From: Candidatus Levyibacteriota bacterium
Lineage (GTDB): Bacteria; Patescibacteriota; Microgenomatia; Levybacterales; UBA12049
Direction of reading: 5' to 3'
Length of the DNA stretch: 64,000 nt
Assembly (NCBI GenBank): GCA_963722305.1
Contig: CAVRKE010000001.1
Coordinates: 76,312 to 140,311, forward strand
The position numbers were made by a program, and so were the translations under genes. Numbering within the stretch: position 1 is the first letter of the stretch; every line of letters begins with the position of its first letter. Under the pieces are notes generated by a model. That model was not told the DNA's origin, did not search any database, and saw only the letters and a program-made list of their open reading frames with translations. This document shows, piece by piece, positions 9,367 through 19,322 of the stretch.

Positions 9367-10255
9367 TTTTCACACACCGGTACTTCTAAAAGAAGTACTA
9401 GAACATTTACAAGTTAAAAAAGGCCGAAAATACATTGATGCAACCATTGGCGGTGGCGGACACACGGCAGCGCTTTTGGAAAAAGGGGCTGTAGTGCTCG
9501 GAATCGATGCCGATCAGGAAGCAATTGATTATGTCAAAAAGAATTTAGAACTGAAAATTCAAAATTCAGCATTGACACTAGTCAAGGGAAATTTTCGGGA
9601 GCTTGAAAAAATTGCACGTTTACAAAATTTTGGTTTAGTTTCGGGAGTTTTATTTGACTTGGGCGTGTCTTCCCATCAAATTGATACGCCCGAGCGAGGA
9701 TTCAGTTTTCTAAAAGAGGGACCGTTGGATATGCGCATGGATAAAGCTCAGGCAATGACGGCCGAAGCTTTAGTCAATCTTTTAGGGAAAGGAGAACTGT
9801 ATGATTTATTTAATAAACTTGGTCAGGAGCATCGTGCTGGGGCCATTTCTAACAGTATTATTAGGGCCCGTAGAATAAGGGCAATTCGCACAACCGAAGA
9901 TTTGGTAAGGGTTATTAAAGAAGCCTACGGGATTAAGGGAGAGCTGTCCAGTTATGCCAGAAACATGATTAGCCAGAGAGTTTTTCAGGCACTGCGGATT
10001 GCGGTCAACGAAGAGCTGCAGTCTTTAGAAGCAGCCCTTCCGCAGGCTCTAAATTTGTTAGAAAAGAACGGCAGAATAGTGGTAATCGGCTTTCATTCAT
10101 TGGAAGACGGAATCGTTAAGAGAGCGTTTAAAAGATTTCAAGAAAAAAATATGGGAAAAATAATTACCGAAAAGCCGGTTGAAGCAAGCGAAGAGGAAAT
10201 ACGAGTGAATTCAAGAGCGAAGAGTGCCAAATTAAGGGTTTTTGCCAAAATTTAA
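9335..10255 (+). CDS. rsmH: 16S rRNA (cytosine1402-N4)-methyltransferase RsmH/MraW
   Basis: 'HTPVLLKEVLEHL...YIDATIGGGGHT', 'FDLGVSSHQID'. Overlaps the mraZ end, so the start is probably internal. Confidence 0.9.
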   Translation: MKKRIRKRVNNFHTPVLLKEVLEHLQVKKGRKYIDATIGGGGHTAALLEKGAVVLGIDADQEAIDYVKKNLELKIQNSALTLVKGNFRELEKIARLQNFGLVSGVLFDLGVSSHQIDTPERGFSFLKEGPLDMRMDKAQAMTAEALVNLLGKGELYDLFNKLGQEHRAGAISNSIIRARRIRAIRTTEDLVRVIKEAYGIKGELSSYARNMISQRVFQALRIAVNEELQSLEAALPQALNLLEKNGRIVVIGFHSLEDGIVKRAFKRFQEKNMGKIITEKPVEASEEEIRVNSRAKSAKLRVFAKI

Positions 10256-10542
10256 TGATGAAAAAACCAGTTTTAATTATTACTATTTTGATATTGACGG
10301 TTTTAGTGCTTTCCGTGGTGAGGATTTATATTTCAAACCAGGTAGCTACTTCCGGAATTTTACTGCGAACAGTGCAGCAGGAAGTGGCAAACTATAATAC
10401 CGAGAATATTATTCTTTCCGAAAAGTTGTATACTGCATCTAGTCTGACAAATATTGACAGTGAGGCTGTAAAGTTGGGATTTACACAGCAACAATCCGAT
10501 TTTGTCTTAAGCAGCCAACTACCTGTCGCCTTTAAGCAATGA
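10255..10542 (+). CDS. ftsL: Cell division protein FtsL-like (small bitopic protein)
   Basis: 95 aa, single TM, between rsmH and ftsI. Assigned by position. Confidence 0.5.
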   Translation: MMKKPVLIITILILTVLVLSVVRIYISNQVATSGILLRTVQQEVANYNTENIILSEKLYTASSLTNIDSEAVKLGFTQQQSDFVLSSQLPVAFKQ

Positions 10543-12221
10543 GCTGGAGATATCGCTGCGCATTTTTAGGAGTAGTATTTTTATTCTTTTTGGTAGTTCT
10601 CAGATTGTTTTACTGGCAAGTGGTTAAAGCCTCGGAGTTATCCTTAATCGCCCAAAACCAGTATGGAACCACCATTACGCTTGTTCCGCAAAGAGGTGAA
10701 ATAAAGACATCGGATGGTTTCCCAATTGCGGCCGATAATATCTCATATCAAGTGTTTGCCAACCCCAAGGAAATTAAAAATGCCGCTGAAACGGCTAACG
10801 TCTTATCCGCGGTTTTAAACGTTGATTTGGCTTCAGTCAGTGCCAGTCTTTCTCTGGATAAATTTTGGGTAGCGATAAAATCCGGCGTTGACCCCGACAC
10901 TAAAGAAAAACTGGAAAAACTGAATTTAGCGGGAATCGGATTTGACAGCCAATACCAAAGATTTTATCCCGAAGCTTCTATGGCTGCGCAATTATTAGGT
11001 TTTGTCGGAAAAGATGCTCAGGGTAATGATCAGGGTTATTTTGGTCTGGAGGGATATTACGACAGGCTTTTGCGCGGAAAAGAAGGAACCGCGATGCAGG
11101 TTAACGATGCTTTTGGCAGGCCGATTTTAGCCCAAATGAATCAAGCATCAGGGGAAACAGACGGTTCAAACTTAATACTAAGTATTGACCGTTCAATCCA
11201 GTTTTTGGTAGAAAATAAATTAAAAGAAGGGGTAGAAAAATACGGAGCAACTTCGGGAATGGTAGGGATTATGGATCCGAAAACCGGTCAAATTCTGGCC
11301 ATGGCAGCTTATCCCAATTTTGACCCCAGAGATTATTGGGATTACTCGGACGATTTATACCTAAACCCTTTTATCTCGGATTTATACGAACCGGGTTCTA
11401 CCTTTAAACCGTTAGTGATGGCTTCGGCACTAAATTCTCAAGTTGTCACCCCGCAAACCAAATGCAATATTTGCGCTGGTCCGGTTTCGGTTAGCGGTTA
11501 CAGCATCCATACTTGGGACGACAATTATTTCAAAAATACCAATATGGTTGACGTAATCATCCATTCCGACAATACGGGGATGGTTTTTGTGGCACAAAAA
11601 TTGGGAGTTGACCGTATGATTGATTACTTAGGTAAATTTGGAATAGGTAATACGACCGGGATAGATTTACAAGGTGAGGTTTCGGCATCGCTCAAGCCGA
11701 AAAACCAATGGTATGCGGTGGATTTGGCCACCACCGGTTTTGGCCAGGGCATCTCGGTTACACCGGTAGAATTATTAGACGCAACAGCAGCGATTGCTAA
11801 CGGTGGAGTTGAAATGGAGCCTCACGTCGTTGCGGCAATTGAGGATCCGGACGGCAATATAATTAAAATACCGCCTAAATCAATTAGTGCTCCAATTAGT
11901 ATTGGTACAGCCAAGGCAATGACGGAGATAATGGTGGACGCGGTCGAAAAAGGAGAGGCTTCCTGGGCTCGCTTAAAGGGCTACAGAATAGCCGGAAAGA
12001 CGGGAACGGCATCTATTCCGATTCAGGGGCATTACGACCCTAATCAAACTATAGCGTCTTTTGTCGGTTTTGCTCCCGCAGACGATCCTAAGTTTGTCAT
12101 GTTAGTTATTTTGAACAGGCCGACTGCCTCTATTTACGGTTCGGAAACAGCCGCGCCGATCTTTTTTGATATTGCCAAATCGCTACTTGGATATTACGGG
12201 ATACCACCAAGCGGAGAATAG
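10539..12221 (+). CDS. ftsI: Peptidoglycan D,D-transpeptidase FtsI / class B PBP
   Basis: N-terminal TM. SxxK 'STFKP', SxN 'HSDN', KTG 'AGKTGTA' motifs. Confidence 0.85.
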   Translation: MSWRYRCAFLGVVFLFFLVVLRLFYWQVVKASELSLIAQNQYGTTITLVPQRGEIKTSDGFPIAADNISYQVFANPKEIKNAAETANVLSAVLNVDLASVSASLSLDKFWVAIKSGVDPDTKEKLEKLNLAGIGFDSQYQRFYPEASMAAQLLGFVGKDAQGNDQGYFGLEGYYDRLLRGKEGTAMQVNDAFGRPILAQMNQASGETDGSNLILSIDRSIQFLVENKLKEGVEKYGATSGMVGIMDPKTGQILAMAAYPNFDPRDYWDYSDDLYLNPFISDLYEPGSTFKPLVMASALNSQVVTPQTKCNICAGPVSVSGYSIHTWDDNYFKNTNMVDVIIHSDNTGMVFVAQKLGVDRMIDYLGKFGIGNTTGIDLQGEVSASLKPKNQWYAVDLATTGFGQGISVTPVELLDATAAIANGGVEMEPHVVAAIEDPDGNIIKIPPKSISAPISIGTAKAMTEIMVDAVEKGEASWARLKGYRIAGKTGTASIPIQGHYDPNQTIASFVGFAPADDPKFVMLVILNRPTASIYGSETAAPIFFDIAKSLLGYYGIPPSGE

Positions 12222-12236
12222 GCTATAATAAAGAAA

Positions 12237-13572
12237 ATGAAGAAAAGGTTTTCTTGGTTCGTTTTATGGTACTTAAGATTTTTTGCAAGGCTGCAAATTA
12301 AGAAGCTTAAACCACTTATTATAGGTGTAGGCGGAGCCAGCGGTAAGACTTCGCTGTCGAACTTTCTCCAAATAATCCTTAAAAGCAAATACAGTGTTAA
12401 ACAAGGCAAGGGTAAAAATAGCGAGACAGGTATTCCTTTAGACATCCTCGGAATTCAAATGAATAATTACACTAATTCGGAATGGTTAAAAGTAATGCTG
12501 TTGGCTCCCTTAAAAATTCTCATAGACTGGAGAAAATATGCTGTCTATATTGCCGAAATGGGCATTGATAGCCCGCTTGAGCCTAAAAACATGTCGTACC
12601 TACTCAAGATAGTCACTCCGGAGATAGGAGTCTTAACCAATATTTCCTTAGAGCACAGTGTTTATTTTGAACCGTTGATCGAAGCAAGAGACGATGTGGT
12701 TAGAAAAGAGGAAATACTGAATTTGACAGCCCAGCAAGAGGGATTGCTTTTGACTGCAGTGCCGTTAAACGGTACGGCTGTTTTAAATATCGACGATTCG
12801 AATATCGAAAAACTTAAGCCCGAAATAACAGCGCGAGTCTTAACTGTTTCCAGAAGAGATAAGACGGCCGAATTTTTACATTGAAAATATCAAAAACTAT
12901 GTTGATCGGTTCCAGCTTCATTTTCGCTTCGAAAATAAAAGCTACACAATTAAAATTAGAAACCCCTTACCCGAACATTTTGCCTATTCTTTTCTAATGG
13001 CAATTGCGGTTGCTTTTGCGGCAAAGATAAAAATTGAAGTGGCCATAAAGTTTCTGGAAGAAGGCTTTTTCTTGCCGCCGGGAAGAATGAGTGTTTTTAA
13101 CGGCATAAAAAACACCGTCATTATTGATTCGTCTTACAATAATGCGACTTTAGCGCCAATTTTGGATCTTTTGTCGTTTATTGCGGAAATTGGCATGCAA
13201 AGAAGAAAATTAGGCATCATCGGTGATATGCGGGAACTCGGAACAATGAGCCAATATGTTCATGAGGCAGTAGCAGAGAAGATTATTAAAACTTTAGACA
13301 TGGCAATTCTAATTGGTCCATTAACCAAGCAATACATCCTGCCTATTTTAAACAAAAACGATTTTCCGGTTTTTTCATTTGGGAATTTCACTTCAGCTAA
13401 AGAAACAATCCTCGAGCAAATTAAACCCAAAGATGTAGTGCTTATTAAGGGTTCGCAAAATACGCTATTTTTGGAAAGAGCAGTAGAACTTCTCTTAGCC
13501 AATCACAATGACAGAGAAAAGCTTTGTCGGCGTGGTGACTATTGGGATAAGATTAGGGCGAAAACTTTATAA
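12237..13572 (+). pseudogene. murF: UDP-MurNAc-pentapeptide synthetase MurF-like Mur ligase, interrupted by a +1 frameshift in a T5 run. Could be a sequencing error.
   Basis: Frame 0 ORF (12237-12884: 'IIGVGGASGKTS', 'TNISLEH') stops at TGA 12882. Frame +1 continues 'YIENIKNYVDRFQLHFRFENKSYTIKIRNPLPEHFAYSFLMAIAVA...IIDSSYNNATLAP...GDMRELG' (MurF C-terminal motifs) to 13572. Deleting one T from TTTTT 12873-12877 restores a continuous 'AEFYIEN' reading frame. No N-terminal Mur domain. Confidence 0.7.
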
Positions 13573-13932
13573 GGAAACCTCGATTAAATCGCCTTTTTCA
13601 GTCTTTGATTTTTCGATTAAGCCCTCCGGGAGTTCAATGACGGTTTCAAATTGGGGATTCCAGACAAAGATACGGTTGGCTTTCAGGCTTTTTTTTAAGG
13701 CTACAATTTGGCCGTTCGCATTCAAAATAATGACGTCAATTGGAAACTGCAGCAAAAAAGTGTGGATGCCGAACCGGGTGTGAAAAATAATCGCCTCCGG
13801 AGTTGCCTTGCCGAGAAGCCCTAAAGATTTATTCAGGATGGTTTTTCTGGAAAATTCTTTAGCAATAACGGTCTTTCTGGTTTTATTCTTGATCACTATT
13901 AAATTATACAAAAAACTAGAGAATAGAGCCAA
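13567..13932 (-). CDS. DUF192 (COG1430) family protein
   Basis: 'FPIDVIILNANGQIVALKK...IELPEGLIEKSKTEKGDLI' resembles DUF192. Inverted relative to the surrounding dcw genes. Confidence 0.55.
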   Translation of the reverse strand: MALFSSFLYNLIVIKNKTRKTVIAKEFSRKTILNKSLGLLGKATPEAIIFHTRFGIHTFLLQFPIDVIILNANGQIVALKKSLKANRIFVWNPQFETVIELPEGLIEKSKTEKGDLIEVSL

Positions 13933-13955
13933 TAAAAGGTATAATAGAGAGGCGG

Positions 13956-15155
13956 ATGTGGCAAAAAATTAAAAACATTTATCATCTTTTTGTAGCTGCT
14001 TTAGCTAATATCATATTCTTTTTTCCATCTAGAGGAATGAAGGTAATAGCTGTAACGGGAACCGACGGGAAAACAACCACAGTCAATCTTATTTACCATA
14101 TCCTGAAAAATTCCGGCGCTAAAGTCTCGATGATCTCAAGTATCAATGCCGTAATTGAAGGAAAAACTTACAATACCGAGTTTCATCGCACAACTCCGAC
14201 TTCATTTTCATTGCAAGGTTTTTTTAGAAAAGCCAGGAATAAAAAATCAGAATATTTTGTTCTAGAAGTAACTTCGCACGCAATTGATCAGTATAGAATT
14301 GCAGGAATTCCAATTACAGTCGCAGTTTTAACCAATGTCACAAACGAGCACCTGGATTACCATAAAACCTATGATAATTATTTAAAAACAAAGGCTAAGT
14401 TATTGAAAAAAGCAAAAATATGCATCGTTAACAGCGATGACAGTTCATACATGTTTTTAGCAGATGTTAAAAGCCAAAAGGATCAGGATAGTTGGATAAC
14501 TTACGGACTTTCCAAAAGTTCCGATTATAATGAAAGCGCGTTTGATATTAAGGGCAATAATTTGTTGGGGGAATTTAATAAATATAACATTTTAGCTTCG
14601 GTTGTGGCTTGTAAAACATTAGGAATAGCAGATGAAAATATTAAAAAAGCCCTTCAGACTTTTCATTTGCCAATCGGCAGAGCTGACTATGTATACCAGG
14701 AGGATTTTAGTGTAATGATTGATTTTGCTCATACATCAAACGCATCGAAACAAATATTAAAAGCGGTAAGACCAACGGTTAAAGGCAGTTTGATTCATGT
14801 TTTCGGAAGCGCAGGAGAAAGAGATGCTCTAAAAAGGCCATTTTTAGGAGAAGTTTCTTCAGAGTATTGCGATATTATTATTTTAACTGCCGAGGATCCG
14901 AGAACAGAAGATGTAAATGCGATTATTGCAGAAATAGAGGTTGGTATAAAAAAGGGAAAGTGTGAAGTTATTCGAATTCCCGATCGGAAAGAAGCAATTC
15001 AGGCCGCAATACAAATGGCTAAAAAAGGCGATTTGGTGCTGATTACCGGTAAATCTCAGGAGGGTTCAATGAACTACGGAAAAGGAGAAGAACCTTGGGA
15101 CGAATACAAAATGGTTAGAGAAGCTTTGGAAGAAAGAGAAAAAACTTTAGTATGA
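13956..15155 (+). CDS. murE: UDP-MurNAc-L-Ala-D-Glu--diamino acid ligase MurE-like (lacks N-terminal domain)
   Basis: 'VIAVTGTDGKTTT', 'TTPTSFSLQ', 'EVTSHAIDQYR', 'TNVTNEHLDYH' follow the MurE pattern. 399 aa, shorter than a typical MurE. Confidence 0.75.
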   Translation: MWQKIKNIYHLFVAALANIIFFFPSRGMKVIAVTGTDGKTTTVNLIYHILKNSGAKVSMISSINAVIEGKTYNTEFHRTTPTSFSLQGFFRKARNKKSEYFVLEVTSHAIDQYRIAGIPITVAVLTNVTNEHLDYHKTYDNYLKTKAKLLKKAKICIVNSDDSSYMFLADVKSQKDQDSWITYGLSKSSDYNESAFDIKGNNLLGEFNKYNILASVVACKTLGIADENIKKALQTFHLPIGRADYVYQEDFSVMIDFAHTSNASKQILKAVRPTVKGSLIHVFGSAGERDALKRPFLGEVSSEYCDIIILTAEDPRTEDVNAIIAEIEVGIKKGKCEVIRIPDRKEAIQAAIQMAKKGDLVLITGKSQEGSMNYGKGEEPWDEYKMVREALEEREKTLV

Positions 15156-16567
15156 ATAAAATAAAAACAATTCATTTCGTCGGAGTAAAAGGGGTAGGAA
15201 TGGCGCCTTTGGCGATTATTGCCAAGGAGGCGGGTTTTACGGTCTCCGGTTGCGATATTGATGAACAATTTATTACCGATGAGCCCTTAAAAAAAGCCGG
15301 AATAAAGCCTTTGGTTGGTTTTTCCGAGAAGCATCTTGAGAATTGTGATTTACTGATAACTACGGGAGCGCATGGGGGATTCAAAAATATTGAAGTAATT
15401 AAAGCTAAACAGTCCGGAATTCCTGTTTGGACTCAAGGACAAGCGGTCGGTGAATTTATGAAGGGCACAATTTTCAAAAAGGATTTTGAAGGAATTTCGG
15501 TGGCAGGTTGTCACGGAAAAACCACTACCACGGCAATGATCGCCACGATTTTACAAGAAAACAGATTGGACCCGTCGTTTGTAATTGGGACAGGCAATAT
15601 TCCATCGCTTGGGTCTTGCGGACACTTTGGCAAAGGCAATTTCTTTGTGGCCGAGGCAGACGAATATGCCACGGAGCCGGTCTTTGATAAAACACCGAAA
15701 TTCTTGTGGCAAAAGCCCAAAATCGGCGTTATTACCAATATCGAATTTGACCACCCGGATTTATATCCGTCAATGATAGAACTTCGGAAAGCTTTTTTGG
15801 ATTTTGCCAACGGCATCCAAAGTCAGGGATGTCTGGTCGCCTGCGCGGATGACCCGGATACAACCACAATGCTTAAAGATTTCAGCAACAAAGTGATTAC
15901 CTACGGTTTCTCTAAAAATGCTAACTTTTATATAGATAAGCTAAGTTTAGAGCCGGAAAGGGTATTTTTTTGGGTGAATGCCAAAAGTACATCCTTGGGG
16001 GAGTTCTCCTTAAACATTCCGGGTAAGCATAATGCCTTAAACGCCTTAGCGGCAATAGTCACTTGTCTTGAGTTGGGAATTTCCATAGACAAGATAAAAA
16101 AGGGACTATTGGCATTCAAGGGAACAAAAAGAAGGTTGGAATTTATTGGCAATCTTCCTTCTGGCGCAACGCTTTACGACGATTATGCTCATCATCCAAC
16201 CGAAATAAGGAAGACCTTGGAAACAATTAGAATTTCTCATCCGAACAAAAAAATTGTTTGTATTTTTCAGCCTCATACTTACTCAAGAACAAAAAGTTTG
16301 TTCGAACAATTTATACATTCATTTAGTGCAGCTGACGTTGTTATCATAATGGATATATTTGCTTCTTCCAGAGAAAATATTGATATGTCAGTTTCATCGA
16401 AGATGTTGGTAAAGGAAATTGCAAAAATTCATCACAGCGTTTTGTATATCCCAAAAGCTGAGGATGTGGTAAAATATGTCGACCAAAATAACTTTGGCAA
16501 AGATTATATCTTGTTAACTATGGGAGCCGGCGATGTTTATAAAATAGCAAAACAATTATTAAAATAA
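15152..16567 (+). CDS. murC: UDP-N-acetylmuramate--L-alanine ligase
   Basis: 'IHFVGVKGVGMAPLAIIAKEAGFTVSGCD' MurC N-terminal Rossmann. 'GCHGKTTTTAMI', 'TNIEFDHPD'. Confidence 0.85.
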   Translation: MNKIKTIHFVGVKGVGMAPLAIIAKEAGFTVSGCDIDEQFITDEPLKKAGIKPLVGFSEKHLENCDLLITTGAHGGFKNIEVIKAKQSGIPVWTQGQAVGEFMKGTIFKKDFEGISVAGCHGKTTTTAMIATILQENRLDPSFVIGTGNIPSLGSCGHFGKGNFFVAEADEYATEPVFDKTPKFLWQKPKIGVITNIEFDHPDLYPSMIELRKAFLDFANGIQSQGCLVACADDPDTTTMLKDFSNKVITYGFSKNANFYIDKLSLEPERVFFWVNAKSTSLGEFSLNIPGKHNALNALAAIVTCLELGISIDKIKKGLLAFKGTKRRLEFIGNLPSGATLYDDYAHHPTEIRKTLETIRISHPNKKIVCIFQPHTYSRTKSLFEQFIHSFSAADVVIIMDIFASSRENIDMSVSSKMLVKEIAKIHHSVLYIPKAEDVVKYVDQNNFGKDYILLTMGAGDVYKIAKQLLK

Positions 16568-16570
16568 GTT

Positions 16571-17899
16571 ATGGATAAGTTTGTTATAAAGGGAGAGAAA
16601 AAATTAAAGGGTGAAGTTTCAATCTTTGGCTCAAAAAATACTGCCTTGAAAATTTTAGTGGCTGCTTGCTTAACTAAAGAAGAGGTAAGGGTTGAAAATG
16701 TTCCGCTTATTTCGGATTTTATGACCATGGCGGATATTATAATTCACTTAGGCGGAAAAGTTGATTTCAAAGGCCATACAGTTTCGATTAGGTTTGAAAA
16801 ATTTTTAAGCGAAAAAATATCTCTGGATAAAGCGGCAGAAATTAGAACCTCTTACATGTTTTTAACGCCTTTGTTGGCAAGAGTCGGAAGGGCGGTTATT
16901 CCAAATCCCGGCGGTTGCAGAATTGGCGCAAGGCCAATCGACAGGATTGTTGACGGGCTTCAGAAAATGGGAGTGAGAATTCAATATTCAAGTAGAGACG
17001 GTTACTTTCACGCCGATGCCCCAAAGGGTTTAGTCGGAACAAACTACAGGTTTATTAAAAATACCCATACCGGTACGGAAACAATGATTCTAGCCGCAGT
17101 GCTTGCCAGAGGAAAAACTACCTTAGAAAATGCGGCACAGGAGCCTGAGATTGATGAATTGATAAGCTTTTTAAATCAAATGGGGGCAAAAATTGTCAGA
17201 ACAAAGGCTAGAACAATTGTGGTTAACGGAGTTGAGAGACTGCACGGAACTAAATTTAGAATAGGACCCGATAGAAACGAAATTGTCACTTTTGCGATTG
17301 CGGCGGTAATTACGGAAGGAGAGGTCTTTATAAAAGATATCAACAGGCATGGATTGGAAGATTTTTTGGTTGTTTTAAAAAAAGCTAATGGGGGATTTAC
17401 AGAAAAAGAAAACGGAATCAGCTTTTTTTACAAAGGTCGTTTAAGAGCGATTGACGTTACCACTTCATTCTATCCGGGGTTTATGACTGATTGGCAGGGA
17501 CCTTTGGCAGTTTTGCTGACAAAGGCAGACGGTGTTTCGACCATTCACGAAACAGTTTACGAAAATCGGTTTACTTATGTAGACGAGTTAAAAAAAATGG
17601 GTGCGGAGATAGAATTGTATAACCCAGTCCTTAAAGATCCTGAAAAAATCTATAACTTTAATATTAAAGACGATAATAAACATTTCTTTCATGCAGAAAG
17701 AATTGTTGGTCCGACCAAACTTCACGATGCGGTGTTGGACATTACCGACTTAAGAGCGGGCGCAACGCTTGTTTTGGCAGCTCTGGCTGCCAGCGGCGAG
17801 AGCGTTTTATTTGGGATAGAGCATTTAGATAGAGGATACGAGCAATTCGAAAAAAGGCTTAAAAATTTGGGAGCAAAAATTTCAAGAGTAACGGAATAG
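16571..17899 (+). CDS. murA: UDP-N-acetylglucosamine 1-carboxyvinyltransferase
   Basis: 'FVIKGEKKLKGEVSIFGSKNTALKIL' EPT-fold N-terminus. Conserved Cys region 'NPGGCRIGARPID'. Confidence 0.9.
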   Translation: MDKFVIKGEKKLKGEVSIFGSKNTALKILVAACLTKEEVRVENVPLISDFMTMADIIIHLGGKVDFKGHTVSIRFEKFLSEKISLDKAAEIRTSYMFLTPLLARVGRAVIPNPGGCRIGARPIDRIVDGLQKMGVRIQYSSRDGYFHADAPKGLVGTNYRFIKNTHTGTETMILAAVLARGKTTLENAAQEPEIDELISFLNQMGAKIVRTKARTIVVNGVERLHGTKFRIGPDRNEIVTFAIAAVITEGEVFIKDINRHGLEDFLVVLKKANGGFTEKENGISFFYKGRLRAIDVTTSFYPGFMTDWQGPLAVLLTKADGVSTIHETVYENRFTYVDELKKMGAEIELYNPVLKDPEKIYNFNIKDDNKHFFHAERIVGPTKLHDAVLDITDLRAGATLVLAALAASGESVLFGIEHLDRGYEQFEKRLKNLGAKISRVTE

Positions 17900-17949
17900 T
17901 TTTTTTAGATACAAATAAGTTGAACGTTGTTATAATAAGGATATAAATT

Positions 17950-19200
17950 ATGCAAGCATTGCTTTTAGCAGCCGGTCAATCTTCGCGGATGTATCCGTTT
18001 TCAAACGGGATGCATAAATCCATGATTAAAATTCTTGGTAAACCTTTGTTGCAGCACACGCTAGAAAAACTTAAGCAGAAAAATGTAACAGAGATTATTA
18101 TTGTGGTTAATAAAGATAAGACAATCGAGTCGTATTTTGGAGACGGAAAAAAGTTTGGAGTTTCGATAACTTATGTTTTGCAGGAAGAGCCCCAAGGGGC
18201 AGGGAATGCAATTCTTTTAGCGAAAAAACAAATTAAGGAGGATTTTTTGTTGCTTAATTCTTACCACGTCGAAATTAATAAATTTATTGACCGGCTGGTC
18301 TTGGCAAAAACCCAAGCCAGTGATGGCGTTTTGCTAGTCAAACAAAAAGAAAATGCTTGGGATTATGGAGTTGTAAAAGTAGAGAATAACAGAGTGAGTG
18401 GGATTATCGAAAAACCCCAGAAGGGGAATGAACCGTCAAAGCTTTGTATAGTCGGCATTTATCTTCTTCCGTTAAAATTTATTGCGACACTTGAAAAAAT
18501 ACCTCAGGAGCATTATCAACTGGAAGCTGCACTTGATGCCTACGTAAAGGACCATAACGTTTGTTTTGTTGAAAGCAGCGAAGAGACGGTAGTTTTAAAA
18601 TATCCATGGGATTTGCTCAATGTCAAAAACTATTTATTATCTAATCTAAAGAAATATACGGCTGAGAATGCCCAGATTGCCTCTTCGGCTGAAATTATCG
18701 GAGAAGTCTACATTGATGAAAACGCCAAAATAATGGAAAATGCCGTCATTAAAGGGCCGTGTTTTATAGGCAAGGATGTGTTTATTGGGAACAGCGCTAT
18801 TTTAAGAGACGGAATCGATATGGAAAATAATTCTGTAGTCGGTGCCAATATGGAGGTTAAAAATGCCCTGATTATGGAAAATTCGAAAACACATTCCGGA
18901 TTTTTGGGAGATTCGGTTATCGGCAGTGGTTGTCGGATAGGAGCCGGTTTTTGCACGGCCAACTTAAGAATAGACCGCGCAACGGTTAAAACAACAGCTA
19001 ATGATAAAAAAATAGATACGGGGTTAAAAAGCTTGGGGGTAATGATTGGCAACGATACCCGTATTGGCGTAAAAGTCTCGACCATGCCCGGCATAATTAT
19101 TGGCAGCAATGTTTCCGTTGGTCCGGCAACGACTGTTTTGCATAATATTGCCGACGGAAAAAAATATTACACAAAATTCGCAGAAATTGTGCAGGAGTAG
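17950..19200 (+). CDS. Sugar-1-phosphate nucleotidyltransferase with C-terminal left-handed beta-helix acetyltransferase domain (GlmU-like)
   Basis: 'LLAAGQSSRMYPFSNGMHKSMIKILGKPLL' NTP-transferase motif plus hexapeptide repeats (IGNSAIL, VGANMEV, IGSGCRIGAG). The position beside murA suggests UDP-GlcNAc synthesis. Confidence 0.55.
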   Translation: MQALLLAAGQSSRMYPFSNGMHKSMIKILGKPLLQHTLEKLKQKNVTEIIIVVNKDKTIESYFGDGKKFGVSITYVLQEEPQGAGNAILLAKKQIKEDFLLLNSYHVEINKFIDRLVLAKTQASDGVLLVKQKENAWDYGVVKVENNRVSGIIEKPQKGNEPSKLCIVGIYLLPLKFIATLEKIPQEHYQLEAALDAYVKDHNVCFVESSEETVVLKYPWDLLNVKNYLLSNLKKYTAENAQIASSAEIIGEVYIDENAKIMENAVIKGPCFIGKDVFIGNSAILRDGIDMENNSVVGANMEVKNALIMENSKTHSGFLGDSVIGSGCRIGAGFCTANLRIDRATVKTTANDKKIDTGLKSLGVMIGNDTRIGVKVSTMPGIIIGSNVSVGPATTVLHNIADGKKYYTKFAEIVQE

Positions 19201-19322
19201 TTGAGCGAATCATACTACAGGTTGTAATTCTACCGTTTTTAGCTTATAATCCATTTTTATCCAAGAATTAAGGTTAACTATTATAAAAGTATCGGTGTAT
19301 TAGTGATAAGATAGAAATACAG

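Noticed and set aside
12885-12996. Intergenic gap between two separate Mur-ligase genes
   Set aside because: The gap is coding in frame +1 with MurF-like sequence continuous from upstream. It is a frameshift within one gene, not a spacer.
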